DNA of 64,000 nucleotides from Squalus acanthias (Eukaryota), in assembly GCA_030390025.1 (NCBI GenBank), contig JASTWF010000259.1, forward strand, positions 310,001 to 374,000. Direction: 5' to 3'. Under the pieces are notes generated by a model, which worked only from the letters and a program-made list of their open reading frames with translations, did no database searches and was not told the origin of the DNA. Below, one piece after another: positions 10,621 to 23,410 of this stretch (the stretch's first letter is position 1; each line of letters opens with the position of its first letter). The position numbers and the translations under genes are program-made.

Positions 10621-10760
10621 CTGTAAAAGAGGGATAAAAGAATGAAGCAGAGATTTAGTGGTTTGGGGCATTTATCTCAGGGTTTTTATCAATGAAACTT
10701 TTAGAGATTTGTTAAACCGCTTCAGTCAGATCGAAGTGTGAGTGGATTGAATCTTCTCAC

Positions 10761-10888
10761 CTTCACTAGAGTGACGGCAGCGCTGTAGGCCATGCTCAGG
10801 AAGAACAGGATGATGAATGTGGAAGCGGTTGTCCAGATGTTGCCGCTCTCTTCCTCATAGTCTTCAATCAAGAATTGGTCTGAGGAAT
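10761..10888 (-). CDS. IGHM: IgM TM1 exon
   Basis: tag|(D)SSDQFLIEDYEEESGNIWTTASTFIILFFLSMAYSAAVTLVK|gtgag: acidic spacer and CART motif, phase 1 to 0. Confidence 0.96.
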
Positions 10889-11529
10889 CTACGGGGAAGT
10901 AGAGGCGGAAATATATTCAGATCCTTTATTAATCCAAGATATCATAATATTATTATATATTCTCTTCTTTTCCTTAAGGTATAAGTTTGTTCCCTAATTT
11001 AATTTTCAATGTATATCTTGTGTTAAGTTAATCACTCTCAGCAATCTATCTCTGTTCCTAACTCCACAGTCGCTCTTTCTTTAGAATCCTCCTGTAGTCC
11101 GTGTTGGAAAAAACGACAGTTTTTTCTTCAATGTCACACGCTAATTGATTTTGCATCAATTTCGTACAATCTATCATTCGGGAATAATATGATAAAATAT
11201 CGAGGGAGGTTTACTGATTGATATCGATTATTTTAACGATAGGTTTAGATAGCTACTTATTTGGAGACTGTCAAGGGGTCTGGGTAAGAGATCAGATGTG
11301 ATTTATAATCTTGTTTATTTATTTGTTATGGCAATGCTCTGAACATAATTAACTTGTATCAGTTTCCAACAAGAACATTGATTCAGTGTATGTGTAGGAC
11401 CAGAATAGAGAAATGTGAGATGTTATGGTATCAGGAATTATTCATTCAGAACAATCGTTGGAAACTGTGTTCGTTCAAAAAGTGCATTTTAATTCTACAA
11501 TCGTCTATAGCCTGAGGTTTTTTCGCGCA

Positions 11530-12320
11530 TTCGTGTTTGCGTATGTGTGTCTGACAATCTCTTGTTTTGTTTTAGTCTGTGTTTGTGTGTTAATGTGTGT
11601 GTTGCTGTGTAAGTGTGTGTGTGTGTGTTCAAGTGTAATTGTGTGTGTGTTGATGTGTAAGTGTGTGTGTGTTTGTAATTCTATATATGTGTATTTATGT
11701 GTAAGTGTGTGATTATGTGTGTGTGCGTGTATTTTTGTCAGTTTGTGTATATTTATGTGTGAGTCTTTGTATAAGTGTGTGTGTTTATTTGTAATTGTGT
11801 GTTTGTGTGTAAGTTTATTTGTAAGTGTGTTTATGTTTAATTGTGTGTTTGTTTTTGTGTATGTGCGTCCATGTGTGTGCTCATGTTTATGTTTATGGTT
11901 ATGTGTAAGTGTTTGTGTATGTTCAGGTGTAAGCGTGTGAGTGTTTCTGTGTAATTGTGTGTGTTTGTATGTAAATGTGTGTTTGTATGTAAGTGTGTGT
12001 GTTTGTGTTCATGTTTGAGTTTATGGGTGTGTAAGTGTGTGTGTGTTAATGCATGTGTTTGTGTGTGTTTTGTTTAAGGGTGTGCGCGTGTGTATTTCCG
12101 GTACTGTTCAAAGTTTCAGAGAGTACCAATAACTGGGTCTGACAATGACGGTGTGTATTATATTCTGGGTATGTGTAATATTCTATGTCAATATGTTAAT
12201 GCGTGTGTTTATGTGTAAGTCTGTGTGTGTTTATGTGTAAGTGTGCACTTACACAAAACACACACACTTACACAAAATCGCAAACGCACTTGCACATAAA
12301 CACACACACTCACTTTACAC
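11530..12320. repeat. degenerate (TG)n-rich low-complexity tract with a short inverted (CA) tail
   Basis: Directly visible. Confidence 0.9.
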
Positions 12321-12646
12321 GCATTCTTCCCCGCTCTGTGTAAATGTGTTCTGTGTGAGACGCAATGTGACGTCAACCGATGGGCCTCAAACCATCAGGG
12401 ACAGAACGGTGAGAAACCCGCAGAGGATTCAATCACCAGTTCAAATTTGGACTATTAAAATTCAATCTGTTAGTTTATGAATAACAGGGACAGATTTACT
12501 CCAAACACTAGTTAAAGATAAGTTGTTAAATAAATATTTATTTTACAATATGATTCTCATCCGGCAACTTTAACGTTTTTAGACTGTGAGTTAAAGCTGA
12601 CTTTTTACTGATGGCAACTAAGTTCATATAATAGAGATTGGTTCAC

Positions 12647-13877
12647 CTCCCCTCTCTCTGGTGGGGGAGTGGGGGGTACAGTGGGTTAACAATTGCCCTT
12701 TCTCCTCTCTCTGGTGGGGGAGTGGGGGGTACAGGGGGTTAACAATTACCCTTTCCCCTCTCTCTGGTGGGGAGTGGGGGGTACAGTGGGTTAACAATTG
12801 CCCTTTCCCCTCTCTCTGGTGGGGGAGTGGGGGTACAGTGGGTTAACAATTACCCTTTCCCCTCTCTCTGGTGGGGGAGTGGGGGGTACAGTGGGTTAAC
12901 AATTGCCCTTTCCCCTCTCTCTGGTGGGGGAGTGGGAGGTACAGCGGGTTAACAATTACCCTTTCCCCTCTCTCTGGTGGGGGAGTGGGGGTACAGTGGG
13001 TTAACAATTACCCTTTCCCCTCTCTCTGGTGGGGGAGTGAGAGGTACAGTGGGTTAACAATTGCCCTTTCCCCTCTCTCTGTTTCCCCTCTCTCTGGTGG
13101 GGGAGTGGGAGGTACAGTGGGTTAACAATTGCCCTTTCCCCTCTCTCTGGTGGGGGAGTGGGGGTACAGTGGGTTAACAATTGCCCTTTCCCCTCTCTCT
13201 GGTGGGGGAGTGGGGGTACAGTGTGTTAACAATTGCCCTTTCCCCTCTCTCTGGTGGGGGAGTGGGGGTACAGTGGGTTAACAATTGCCCTTTTCCCTCT
13301 CTCTGGTGGGGGAGTGGGGGTACAGTGGGTTAACAATTACCCTTTCCCCTCTCTCTGGTGGGGGAGTGAGAGGTACAGTGGGTTAACAATTGCCCTTTCC
13401 ACTCTCTCTGTTTCCCCTCTCTCTGGTGGGGGAGTGGGAGGTACAGTGGGTTAACAATTGCCCTTTCCCCTCTCTCTGGTGGGGGAGTGGGGGTACAGTG
13501 GGTTAACAATTGCCCTTTCCCCTCTCTCTGGTGGGGGAGTGGGGGTACAGTGTGTTAACAATTGCCCTTTCCCCTCTCTCTGGTGGGGGAGTGGGGGTAC
13601 AGTGTGTTAACAATTGCCCTTTCCACTCTCTCTGGTGGGGGAGTGGGGGTACAGTGTGTTAACAATTGCCCTTTCCCCTCTCTCTGGTGGGGGAGTGGGG
13701 GTACAGTGTGTTAACAATTGCCCTTTCCCCTCTCTCTGGTGGGGGAGTGGGGGTACAGTGTGTTAACAATTGCCCTTTCCCCTCTCTCTGGTGGGGGAGT
13801 GGGGGTACAGTGTGTTAACAATTGCCCTTTCCACTCTCTCTGTTTCCCCTCTCTCTGGTGGGGGAGTGGGGGTACAG
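12647..13877. repeat. 52-bp minisatellite in the CH4-TM1 intron
   Basis: Unit ccctttcccctctctctggtgggggagtgggggtacagtgggttaacaattg, ~22-23 near-identical copies. Confidence 0.97.
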
Positions 13878-14266
13878 TTCGTGTTCGTGTGTGGTCCTTA
13901 TTTCAGATCCCAGAGGTTGCGATGCTGTAAAATTAAACTGGCCCCAATTCTGAAGGGATGAACAACACGAGAAACAGCGACACCGAGATCTAAATGTGCT
14001 GCGTTTGTTTGTCGGAAATGGAAACTTTTTGATTCCCCCCAGCGGGAGGAAAGTTGCTGAAGTGACTTTGAGGAATCCTGCCATGAAAGAGCTTCAGTCT
14101 GTCTCTAACCCGTGGTGTATCTGAGCTGGGAGCGCTGGCTGTACAAGCCTTGGGCCCGAGACCGGCAAATATCCTGCTTCAGATAAACAGCCCTCCCCTT
14201 GGCAAAAATGGGAAACAAAATTAATTGAGCGGCTGTGTGTGTAACTGACGATTGGAAGAAAAGGCC

Positions 14267-14282
14267 TTTATTGGTTTTTATT
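14267..14282 (-). terminator. tandem polyadenylation signals for secretory IgM
   Basis: AATAAA at 14277-14282 and 14267-14272, within 45 nt of the stop. Confidence 0.85.
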
Positions 14283-14310
14283 CAAGAACTGAAATGCAAT
14301 CGAGAGATTC

Positions 14311-14702
14311 TCATTGACAAGAATTGACGGTGTCCATCAGAACAAGGGAAATGTTGACAAAACTGGGTTTACCGCTGGATTTATTAACCGTTCTGTTGAT
14401 GATCTTCAAGGGGATCGCTTCATGTCCCACCACACAGGAGTAAGAAGCGCCGCTGGCCCACTCCTCCGCTGCAATGGATAACAGGCTGTACATGAAGAAG
14501 GAACTGCTGCCGTTCTCCGCCATCACCTCGGTGTTCTTGTAGTTGCCGGAATTCACCGGCTTGTCATTGACGGTCCACTTGACGAAGATCTCTCGGGGGG
14601 AGAAACCTCTCACTAAGCAGGTGAGGCTGACGAACCTCTGAGCGGAGACTTCTTCTGCCGGGGGCAGGAGGACAGACACGGACGGTTCCCGCGGATGTTT
14701 AG
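14311..14702 (-). CDS. IGHM: IgM CH4 exon plus secretory tailpiece (14311-14372)
   Basis: cag|(A)[17 protein letters not shown]...[17 protein letters not shown]...YSCVVGHE. Internal donor AGCG|GTAAA at 14373/14372. Tailpiece [20 protein letters not shown] has the N-glycan sequon and penultimate Cys. Confidence 0.98.
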
Positions 14703-15220
14703 CTGCAGAACAATTACAATAAAGGTCAATAAACTGGAGAATTCCAGAGACAATGAAACCGGCGGTTAGATGTGAGAGAAATGTGCTTTGCGCTGAATTT
14801 TAAAGGATTCCCTTTTCCCCCTCTGTGTCCTGTCCGGTTTTCCAGCCCGGAGCAGAGGGGGATACAATCCTTCTCTCTGGGAGCTTGAAGAGTTGGACTG
14901 GAAAATTATATAGAATTTACATCACAGAAACAGACCATTCGGCCCAACTGGTCAATGCCGCTGTTTATGCACCACACGAGACTCCTCCCACCTTACTTCA
15001 TCTAACACTAATAACATATCCTTCTATTCATTTTCCCCTCATGTACTTATCCAGCTTCCCCTGAAATGTACCATCTCGGGTCCCAGAGGGTTTAGTTAGT
15101 GGAATTACCAATTGAATTATCAGAGCAGTGCATTAAAACACTGAATAGAATGAATTGGGCCGTGCACAACACCGGAAATAGTCACAGAGTCTCACTTATT
15201 GCTACAATCTCACCGCTCAC

Positions 15221-15529
15221 CTTTTTCCTTGTGGATGGAATCTCTTATAGGAGTCGGCATATCCTGATGGCTCACCACGCAGTAGAACTCATCCCCACTC
15301 AGCCAGGCTTGTGTCGAGATGTTTAAGTTGCTGATCACGCTGTTGGGAGCCTCTCCGGGTTGGACGGCAATCTCTGATTTCAAAGTCTCCTTTTCTCGGG
15401 TCCAGGACACGTTGACTCCATAAGGAGCATTAGACACGACGCAGGTTAAGGTCACCGTCGCCTCCAGTAAGACCTGTTCTAGTGACGGTTGCGGAAGAGT
15501 GATTTCTGGATCGTTGCATGAGGAACCAT
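15221..15529 (-). CDS. IGHM: IgM CH3 exon
   Basis: cag|(D)[29 protein letters not shown]...VSW...FYCVVSHQD...HKEK G|gtgag; 309 nt, phase 1-1. Confidence 0.97.
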
Positions 15530-16233
15530 CTGTGAACAGAAATGAAAGTCAAGCAAAGCTCCATCTTCAGAATCAGGACACCAGTATTCAGCCTTCACTC
15601 TCTCAGGGAGAATAAATCACCTTTGAGATATTAACCTCTCACTGTTGCTTAAACACCATCGTTATTGGAAAGACAACGAATTGACAACGATTCCGGGAGA
15701 CTCTTTAACATTTCCTGTGTAGTTGCTCCCAGAGCCTCCTGTAATGGGCTGTGAAGCAAATACCCGGCGTAAAAAATGAATAAATTCGGGCGCAATTGTG
15801 TTACGCACTGAATAGCGCTCTTCCTGAAATCCCTTGCTCCTTTTCGCCCGTCTATAGATCCTTGTGCCCGAACGCATTCCCACTCATTATAATGGCTCCG
15901 CCCCCAGGGTCAAGAGCTCTACACGAAAATTACACTCGTTCAAAACGAGTGTCAAATGAAATCCAGGATTTTAGGTGCAACTGGAAACAAAGTTAATTTT
16001 TTGGTGTCTTGTTGCGAATTTGGGGGCGATGAAAATGTGCAGGAACCAGTTGCAGCCCCTGTCAGAGGAGAAGTGAAAGGTCGGGAGAATGGAGTTCCAA
16101 GGGGTCTTTGTGGTGGTGAATAATGTGTAATGCCGATGTGAAGTAGTTTCTTCATCTCTGTCATTAGTGAGCACTTAACATGTCTGGTGAGAGACAGTCA
16201 GAAGGAAATATGACCGCAGGGCAGTAATAGCAA

Positions 16234-16775
16234 CATAGGAACAGGAGTAGGCCATTCAGCCCATCCAGCCTGTTCCGCCATTCAATGAGATCATGGCTGA
16301 TCTACACCTCAACACCATCTACCCGCCTTGTTTCTGTAACCCTTGATACCCTTGCCTAACAAAAATCTATCAATCGCAGTTTTGAAATTCTCCGTTGACC
16401 CCCAGCCTCAACAGCTTTTGCGGCGAGCGAGTTCCAGATTTCCACTGTCCTTTGTGTGAAGAAGTGCTTCCTGACATCACCCCTGAACGGCTCGGTTCTA
16501 ATTTTAAGGTTATGCCCCTTGTTCTGGACTCCCGCACCAGAGGAAATAGTTTCTCTCTATCTCCCCTATCAATTCCATTTATCAACTTAAACACCTCAAT
16601 TAGATCACCTCTTAATCTTCTATACTCAAAGGAATATAAACCAATTCTGTGCAACCTCTCCTCATAATTTAACCATTTTAGCCCTGGTACGTTTCGGGTG
16701 AATTTGCGTTGCATCCCCTCTAAAGCCAGTATATCCATCCTGATGCGCGGTGCCCAGAATTGAACGCAGTTCTCT
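16234..16775 (-). mobile_element. CR1 LINE 3' fragment
   Basis: LENCVQFWAP...YEERL..LYSFEYRRLRGDLIEVFK. Confidence 0.9.
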
Positions 16776-16974
16776 AAATAGGGAAGATGTCCTTTCCAGC
16801 AGTGCGTCCCGAGACAGTTACCAGTAAAGGGTTCCAGACACCTACTGCCGCTCCGAATATGATCAGCCAACTCAGGATTAACCTGAGACCAAGGACACCT
16901 CATGCACTCTCTGACATCAGAGCAGAGGAAACCTTCTTTGGCGAGGTTATGGAATCCTGAGCCATGAGGAATCC

Positions 16975-17388
16975 TGATTCAGAGGATCGTGGGTTCAAGT
17001 CGCACTCCAGATACTTGAACACAAAATGTGAGCTGACACTCCCAGTGCAGCACTGAGGGAGCGCTGCATTGTCGTCTTCTGGATCAGACGTTAAACCGAC
17101 GTCTGCTCTCTCAGTTGGACATAAACGATCCGATGGCTCTATTTGGAGGAAGAGCGGGGCAGTTCTCCCAGGTGGCCTGGCCAATACCTATCCATCACCA
17201 AATAATAAGATTATTTGATCATTATCACATTGTTGTTTGTGGGACCTTACTGTCTGCAAATTGGCCGCCGCGATTTCTACATTACAACAGTGACCACATT
17301 TCAGGAAGTACTTCCTTGGCAGTAAAGCGCTTTGGGACGTCCAGAGGTCGGGAAAGGCGCTATGTAAAGGCAGTTCTTTCTTTTATTT
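16975..17388 (+). mobile_element. DeuSINE-family SINE, near full length
   Basis: B-box gggttcaagtc, Deu core and L2-like tail gaaaggcgctatgtaaag. Confidence 0.75.
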
Positions 17389-17688
17389 TATATCGGAAGA
17401 AAACACAAACAGCATGATTGTAAATTAGAAATAGAGCTTTCTCAGGGTAAACCTGAGACTGAGGACACCTCACTCACTGTCTGACATCACAGCTGAGGGA
17501 AACCTTTGGCGAAATGCTGGAATCCTGAACCGTGAGGAACCCTGAGTCAGCACTGACATCGGAAGGAAACACAAACTGTGTGATTGGAAATTAGAAATAT
17601 TTCTGTGCTTTTTACGAATTCCAATAAAATTGCTGGCAGAGATCAGCGGTCAGAATGGTCTGGGACTTCTCGGGATTGTGTCTCTTAC

Positions 17689-18000
17689 CCGGAGATCTGG
17701 TGATGTTTCGGCTTTGGGTGACCCCTTGATGAGAGACCTGGCAGGTATAGACCGAGCCAGCGAACCATTCCCCGGCGGGGAATGTCAGCCGACTGGTCGC
17801 CGAGAAGTTCCCGTTCACTTCAAAGACAGGAGAGGTGACGAAGCCCGAATCCATGAGTTGTCCTTTCTTCAGCCAATGCACGGTCATTGAGTTTGGACGG
17901 AAATCGATGATTGAACACACGGCGGTTGCAGACCTGCTGCTGATGATTTCTTCACTGGAACTTAGGGTGAGGATCACAGTTGGATGATGTACCACACGAT
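17689..18000 (-). CDS. IGHM: IgM CH2 exon
   Basis: cag|(D)[11 protein letters not shown]...[10 protein letters not shown]...VHWLK...YTCQVSH...RSP G|gtaag; 312 nt, phase 1-1. Confidence 0.97.
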
Positions 18001-18074
18001 CTGCAAGAAAATACATTTTATTGGGATTATTTGTTGCAATCCAAACAATTAAGAATTGTAAAGTGTTTTTTTAC

Positions 18075-18740
18075 ATAGAATCTACAAAACAGAAACAGGC
18101 CACTCGGCCCAACAGGTCGGTGTTTATGCTCCACATGAGCCTCCTCTCTCCCTACTTCATCTCCCTCATCAACATAACCTTCTATTCCTTTCTCCCTCCT
18201 GTACTTATCTAGATTCCCCTGAAACACATCTATGCTATTCGCCTCAACTACTCCATGTGGTAGCGAGTTCCACATTCTACCCACTCTCTGGGTAAAGAAG
18301 TTTCTCCTGAATTCCCTATTGATTTATTAGTGATAATCTTATATTTATGGCCCCTAGTATCGGGCTCCTCCTCAAGCAGAAATATTGTCTCTACGTCTAA
18401 CCTTACAAACCCCTTCAGAATTTTAAAGACCTCTATTCGGTCAACCCTCAGACTTCTCGTTTCTAGAGAAAAGATCCCAAACCCGTTCAATCATTCCTGA
18501 CGGTTACAATTTTTCTTTCTGGTATCGTCCTTGTAAATCTTTTTTGCACTTCTCCAGTGCCTCTGTATCATTCTTATAATATGGAGACCAGACCTGTACA
18601 CAGTACACTAAGTGTGATATGGAAACCAAAACTATAGGCAGTACACTCAGTGTTATATGGAGACCAGACCTGTACACAGTACTCTAAGTCTGGTCTAACC
18701 AAAGTTGTATAGAAGTTGAACATAGCTTCTCTGCTTTTCA
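18075..18740 (-). mobile_element. CR1 LINE 3' fragment
   Basis: FSLETRSLRVDRIEVFKILKG motif and 3'UTR. Confidence 0.85.
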
Positions 18741-18770
18741 CAGTTTCCCCCTGTATCCCACAACACTAAC

Positions 18771-19070
18771 CTGGCATTTGGACGCTCCAGTCCGACCCAC
18801 TTCGTCGAACCTGGCAGTAGATGGCGCTGCTCCCCACCTCTGACTCGGTGATGGTTAACTGGCTGCTCAGGGTGTAGGTTCCCTGCTTGTTGAACACTGA
18901 CGGGTAGGTCTTCAATCCAGTGTTGATCGGCTCTTTATCTTTACTCCAGGAAAGGCTGGTGATTTCCGGGAAGTAGTCCATCGCCAAACAGCCGAACGTG
19001 ACGGGGCCGCCGGTGTTGGGTTGTTCACAGGTGGAGAGCAGGGCGTAGAGGGTGGGAGGAGACTGTGTCG
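18771..19070 (-). CDS. IGHM: IgM CH1 exon
   Basis: cag|(A)[17 protein letters not shown]...[10 protein letters not shown]...SW...YCQVRR...MP G|gttag; 300 nt, with the light-chain-bonding Cys present. Confidence 0.97.
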
Positions 19071-20859
19071 CTGGGAAAGAATGGCCCATTGAACAAGTTA
19101 GATTCGGTAATCCGTGCTTATAACATAACCAAACAACTCGAAATGTGACTACAGGATGAACTAATTCCATCATTTGCCGAACAAAACCTAGATCAGCATT
19201 TGAGTTTCTGTGAATTGTGAGACCCGACGTGAAATGCCTTCATGTGACTCCAGTCTTGTACATAAGAAAAGTCAGGAGTCTGAAAGGGGCATTCTGTCCA
19301 TGAAGCCCCTTTATATCGAGTGAATGCCGGAATATTGTATCGTGGACTTCCTCCAGCTCTTGATCCCCTGTTATGGAACACACCTCACACCCCAACCACA
19401 TTCACATTAGATTCTTTCACATTCTGTCCACTGAGCTCCTCCCTACATCCTTTTGCTGTCAGCCTCTTATTATCAGCACAGAATCAGGCCATTCCATGAT
19501 ATCAAAGTGTCGTCATCTCTCCATTGTAAGATGCTGCCTTAAAACCTACCTCTTTGACCAAGCTTTTGGTCAACTGTCAGAGTAAATACCAACCATACTA
19601 AAGAATAAAATGATATCTCCTTATGTGGCTCGGTATCAGATTGTATCTGCTGACGCTCCTGTGAATCGTCTTGGGACGTTTTACTACGTTAAAGGCGCTA
19701 TATAAATGCAAGTTGTTGTTTTCAGGGGATAGACTTGTTTGAATAGCGGTGGGATTAGTTCTCCTAATCACACAACTCCTACAGCTAGATCTACTAGTTG
19801 TATTACCTTTAAAACACATCCCAGCATGTTTATAAAGCATGACCAGAATTATAAAATAATACAACTTTACACCACAGAAGGAGGCTATTCGGCAAATCAC
19901 GCCTCTGAAAGATCTCTCCACCAATCCCGTGCACCTTCCAATTCCCAATCTTCTCAACTGTACAATTTTATCGAGCTATTATGGATTCTGCATGCAGCCC
20001 TCTTTCTGATAGGACATCCCATGTTCAACAGCCCCCTGTGTAGAAAAGTAGAATAATACCCTCTCCCTTCATTCTGTTGCTGCTGATTTTCAATCAGTGC
20101 CATTTACTCACCAACTCACCGACCCGGGAAATATGTTTCCCGAATCCCTTCATAAAACCCTTCATAATTCCAAACCCCTCTATCAGACCTCATCTAAATC
20201 TTCTTTGTTCCCATGACAATAAAGGACGTTTACAATAAATGGTTGAAGTCTCGTTTAAAATGTGAACTGAATAATTCAGCGCACAGATTTGAATAGGGAA
20301 CTTTTGCACAGCCTGGTTTCTAAGATTCAAGCTTTAGATGAATCGGGATTGATTCGAGTTCTCTCTTTCCTTCTCAGAATTGGAGGAAGAGCGATGCAGT
20401 GTGACTTGAGCTCTATCCCATTCTACTGAATGGATGTCTCCTGACTTTCCTCCTCCCACTCACCCAAATAAATAAACCGAATTAAATACGATTCCCAAAG
20501 CCGGTTATATGGAACGATGCTCTTTAAATGCTCCATTGCATTTTCCAAATTACTTTCCAACCTCCCACCAGTGAGAACAGGCGCTGCTTTCTGGGTCGTT
20601 ACAGTCACTTCTTGTTGCTGTTTGTACCGAAAATAATCTAAACATCGGGACAGGTTTCTTCTCTAAATATCTAATATTGGCAATCCTTAAACATTATAAA
20701 TCGATTGGTTATCAGCGGGTTCTATGTAAGGAAGGACAAACAATAACTAATGTGCTGACTGCTGATGTGGGAAACTCTGCCTTCTGGTTTGTGCGGATAA
20801 CTCAAACACCTGCGGCTTATTGGTCAGATACTGAAAGCTCGGTCTACAGTGTGAAGTAA

Positions 20860-22020
20860 CAGAGAGGGTTGATGATGGTGTTGCAGTAGATGTTGTACAT
20901 ACATACTTTCAAATGGCATTTTATAAAGTATCTCATAAAAGACTTATTCGGAAAATAGAAACACATTAAAGGATGGAGGTAACTTGGGTATGTAATTGGC
21001 TGAGGGAGAGGAGGCAGAGAGTAGTGGTGAACGGATGTTTTTCTGACTGGAGAGAAGTATGCAGTGGGGTCCCCCTTGGGTCGGTATTAGGACCATTGCT
21101 TTTCATGTTTTATATATCAATTACCTGGACCTGTTTATAGGGAGTATAGTTTCCAAGTTCGCAGATGATGCAAAACTTGGCAACGTAGTAACTCGGGAGG
21201 AGGATAGCAGTGGACTTCAGGAGGATATAGACAGACTGGTGAAATGGGCAGACATGTGGCCGATGCAGTTTAATGCAGATAAGTGTGAAGTGATGCACTT
21301 TGGGAGGAACAACAGGGAGACACAGTATAATCTAACTGGCACTATTTTGTGGGGAATGCAAGAGCAGAGGGACCTGTGCTGCATATTCACAAATCTGTGA
21401 AGGTGGCAGGGCAAGTTGATCAGGTGGTTACGGACGTGTGTGGGATACTTGTCATTGTAAAAGGAGCATTGAATAGAAAAACAAGGAAGTCCTGCTAAAC
21501 CTTTACAAATCACTGTTTAGGCATCAGCTGGAGTAGTGTATTCAATTCTGACAATCACAATTTAGAAAGGATGACAAGGCCTTGGAGAGGGTTCAGCCGA
21601 GGTTGACCAGGATGATGCCAGGAATGAGAGACTTCAGCTATGCGGAGAGATTGGATAAGCTGGGATTGTTCCTTGGAGCAGAGAAGGTTAAGGGGAGTCC
21701 TAATAGAGGTGTTCAAAATTGTGAGAGGTTTTGTCAGAGCATGTCGGGAGGAACGGTTTCCTCTGGTGAGTATGTCGGTAACCAAAGGTCACAGATTTAA
21801 AATAATTGCCAAAAGAACTAGAGGGGAAATGAGGGTAATTGTATTTCAAACAGAGGGTTGTTAAGTTCCGGAATGCACGAGGCAACTGGACATGTTCTTG
21901 AAGAGACTCAGTGGAGGGTTACAAGGAAAAAGCTGGGATTTGATTGGACAGCTCTTTCAGAGCCAGCACAGGCAAGACGGGCCGAATGGCCCCTTCTGTG
22001 CTCTGAGATTCTGTGATTCT
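20860..22020 (+). mobile_element. decayed CR1 LINE (RT to 3'UTR)
   Basis: SKFADDAKL, KWADMWPMQFNADKCEVMHFG and ERVQ.R.TRM motifs with frameshifts. Confidence 0.9.
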
Positions 22021-22764
22021 ACACGGCTCAGCGGAATTAGTTCTTCCCGATTTAATGGAAGGAAACGCTTCATAATGTTGAACACCTCTATCAGATCTAT
22101 TTTATTGTTTGTTATAATACAAGAGGATATTTAAAATAAAGGAACTGAGGAATTTGACACAAATGATTCAATCGGATACCGTCACAGAGTCTTAAAGCTT
22201 ATTGTGAATGACGACTCATCGCAGGCTGACTGTTTCTCTTTAAATGTTTCACAGAGGTGCGGCTCAGTGACTGTGAGCCTTGTGCTGTGACCCAGTCCAA
22301 TAGCTGCACCTCACCCGAGTTTGTCCCGGCCTGGTACCTTTTTAAAAACAATTGAACAAAATAATGCTTTCAAACATAAGGTTCCCATGATGGTTATTTG
22401 GAGCGGGAGTCTCGACATTCTCCATTTAAATTGTCAAAATAACTCCCAGCCTCCCATCAGATCAGAACAGGCGCTGCTTTCTGGAGCGTTACCGTCACTT
22501 CCTGAAACTGTTTGTTCTGAAAGTGAGCTCAGGAACAGGCCAATCTCATTCAATCATTATCTGATACTCAAAATGTTTAAAGTTTATCAATTCATTAAAA
22601 AATGGGCAGTTTTATTTGCAATGAGGTTAAACTCAATTAATGCGCGGTTGTTTCATCGGAGCAATGGAAAGTTTTATATTTATATATCTGGCTGGAGAAC
22701 TCACACTTTATTAGTTGGATGCACATTAAGGTTCCTTGAACAACACGGGACAAAGCACTCACAG

Positions 22765-23410
22765 ATCTGTTACAGTACAGATACAGAGTAAAGCTCCCTC
22801 TGCACTGCCCTGCCATCCGCTGTACCCTCAGGTATAGGAAGGGATTGATTCCGAGCAACGCCAAGTCTGCACAGCACTGTCAAACACTCCGGGTAAGGCA
22901 CCGTACTGGTTAAATACAGAGTAAAGCCCCATCTACATTGCACAATCAAACACGCCCAAGGCAGGTACAACACGGGTTAGATACAGAGTAAATTCTGCCT
23001 CTACACTGAACCATCAAAGATTCACGGGGCATAACAGCACGGGTTAGATACAGAGTAAAGCTCCGTCTACACTGTCCCATCAAACACTCCCAGGGCAGGT
23101 ACAGCACGGGTTAGATACAGAGTAAAGCTCCCTCTACACTGTCCCATCAAACACTCCCAGGGCAGGTACAGCACGGGTTTTGATACAGCATAAAGTTCCC
23201 TCTACACTGTCCCATCAAACACTCCCAGGCCGGTACAGCACGGGTTAGGTACAGAGTAAAGCTCCCTCTACACTGTCCCATCAAACACTCCCAGGGCAGG
23301 TACAGCACGGGTTAGATACAGAGTAAAGCTCCCTCTACAATGTCCCATCAAACACTCCCAGGGCAGGTACGGCACGGGTGAGAAACTGATTCAAGCTCCT
23401 TCTACAGTTT
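22765..23410 (+). repeat. 67-bp satellite, ~9 units, in the J-CH1 intron
   Basis: Unit gggcaggtacagcacgggttagatacagagtaaagctccctctacactgtcccatcaaacactccca, period 67 (23041 to 23108). Confidence 0.95.

Noticed and set aside
11425-11940. Hydrophobic V/C-rich ORFs
   Set aside because: Translation of the (TG)n low-complexity tract
12647-13877. Regular repeat arrays as CRISPR
   Set aside because: No unique spacers, no cas genes and a vertebrate context; the same holds for the 27- and 67-bp arrays
12647-13877. Mammalian-type class-switch region
   Set aside because: Wrong position (after CH4), no AGCT in the unit and the G-rich strand is the template strand
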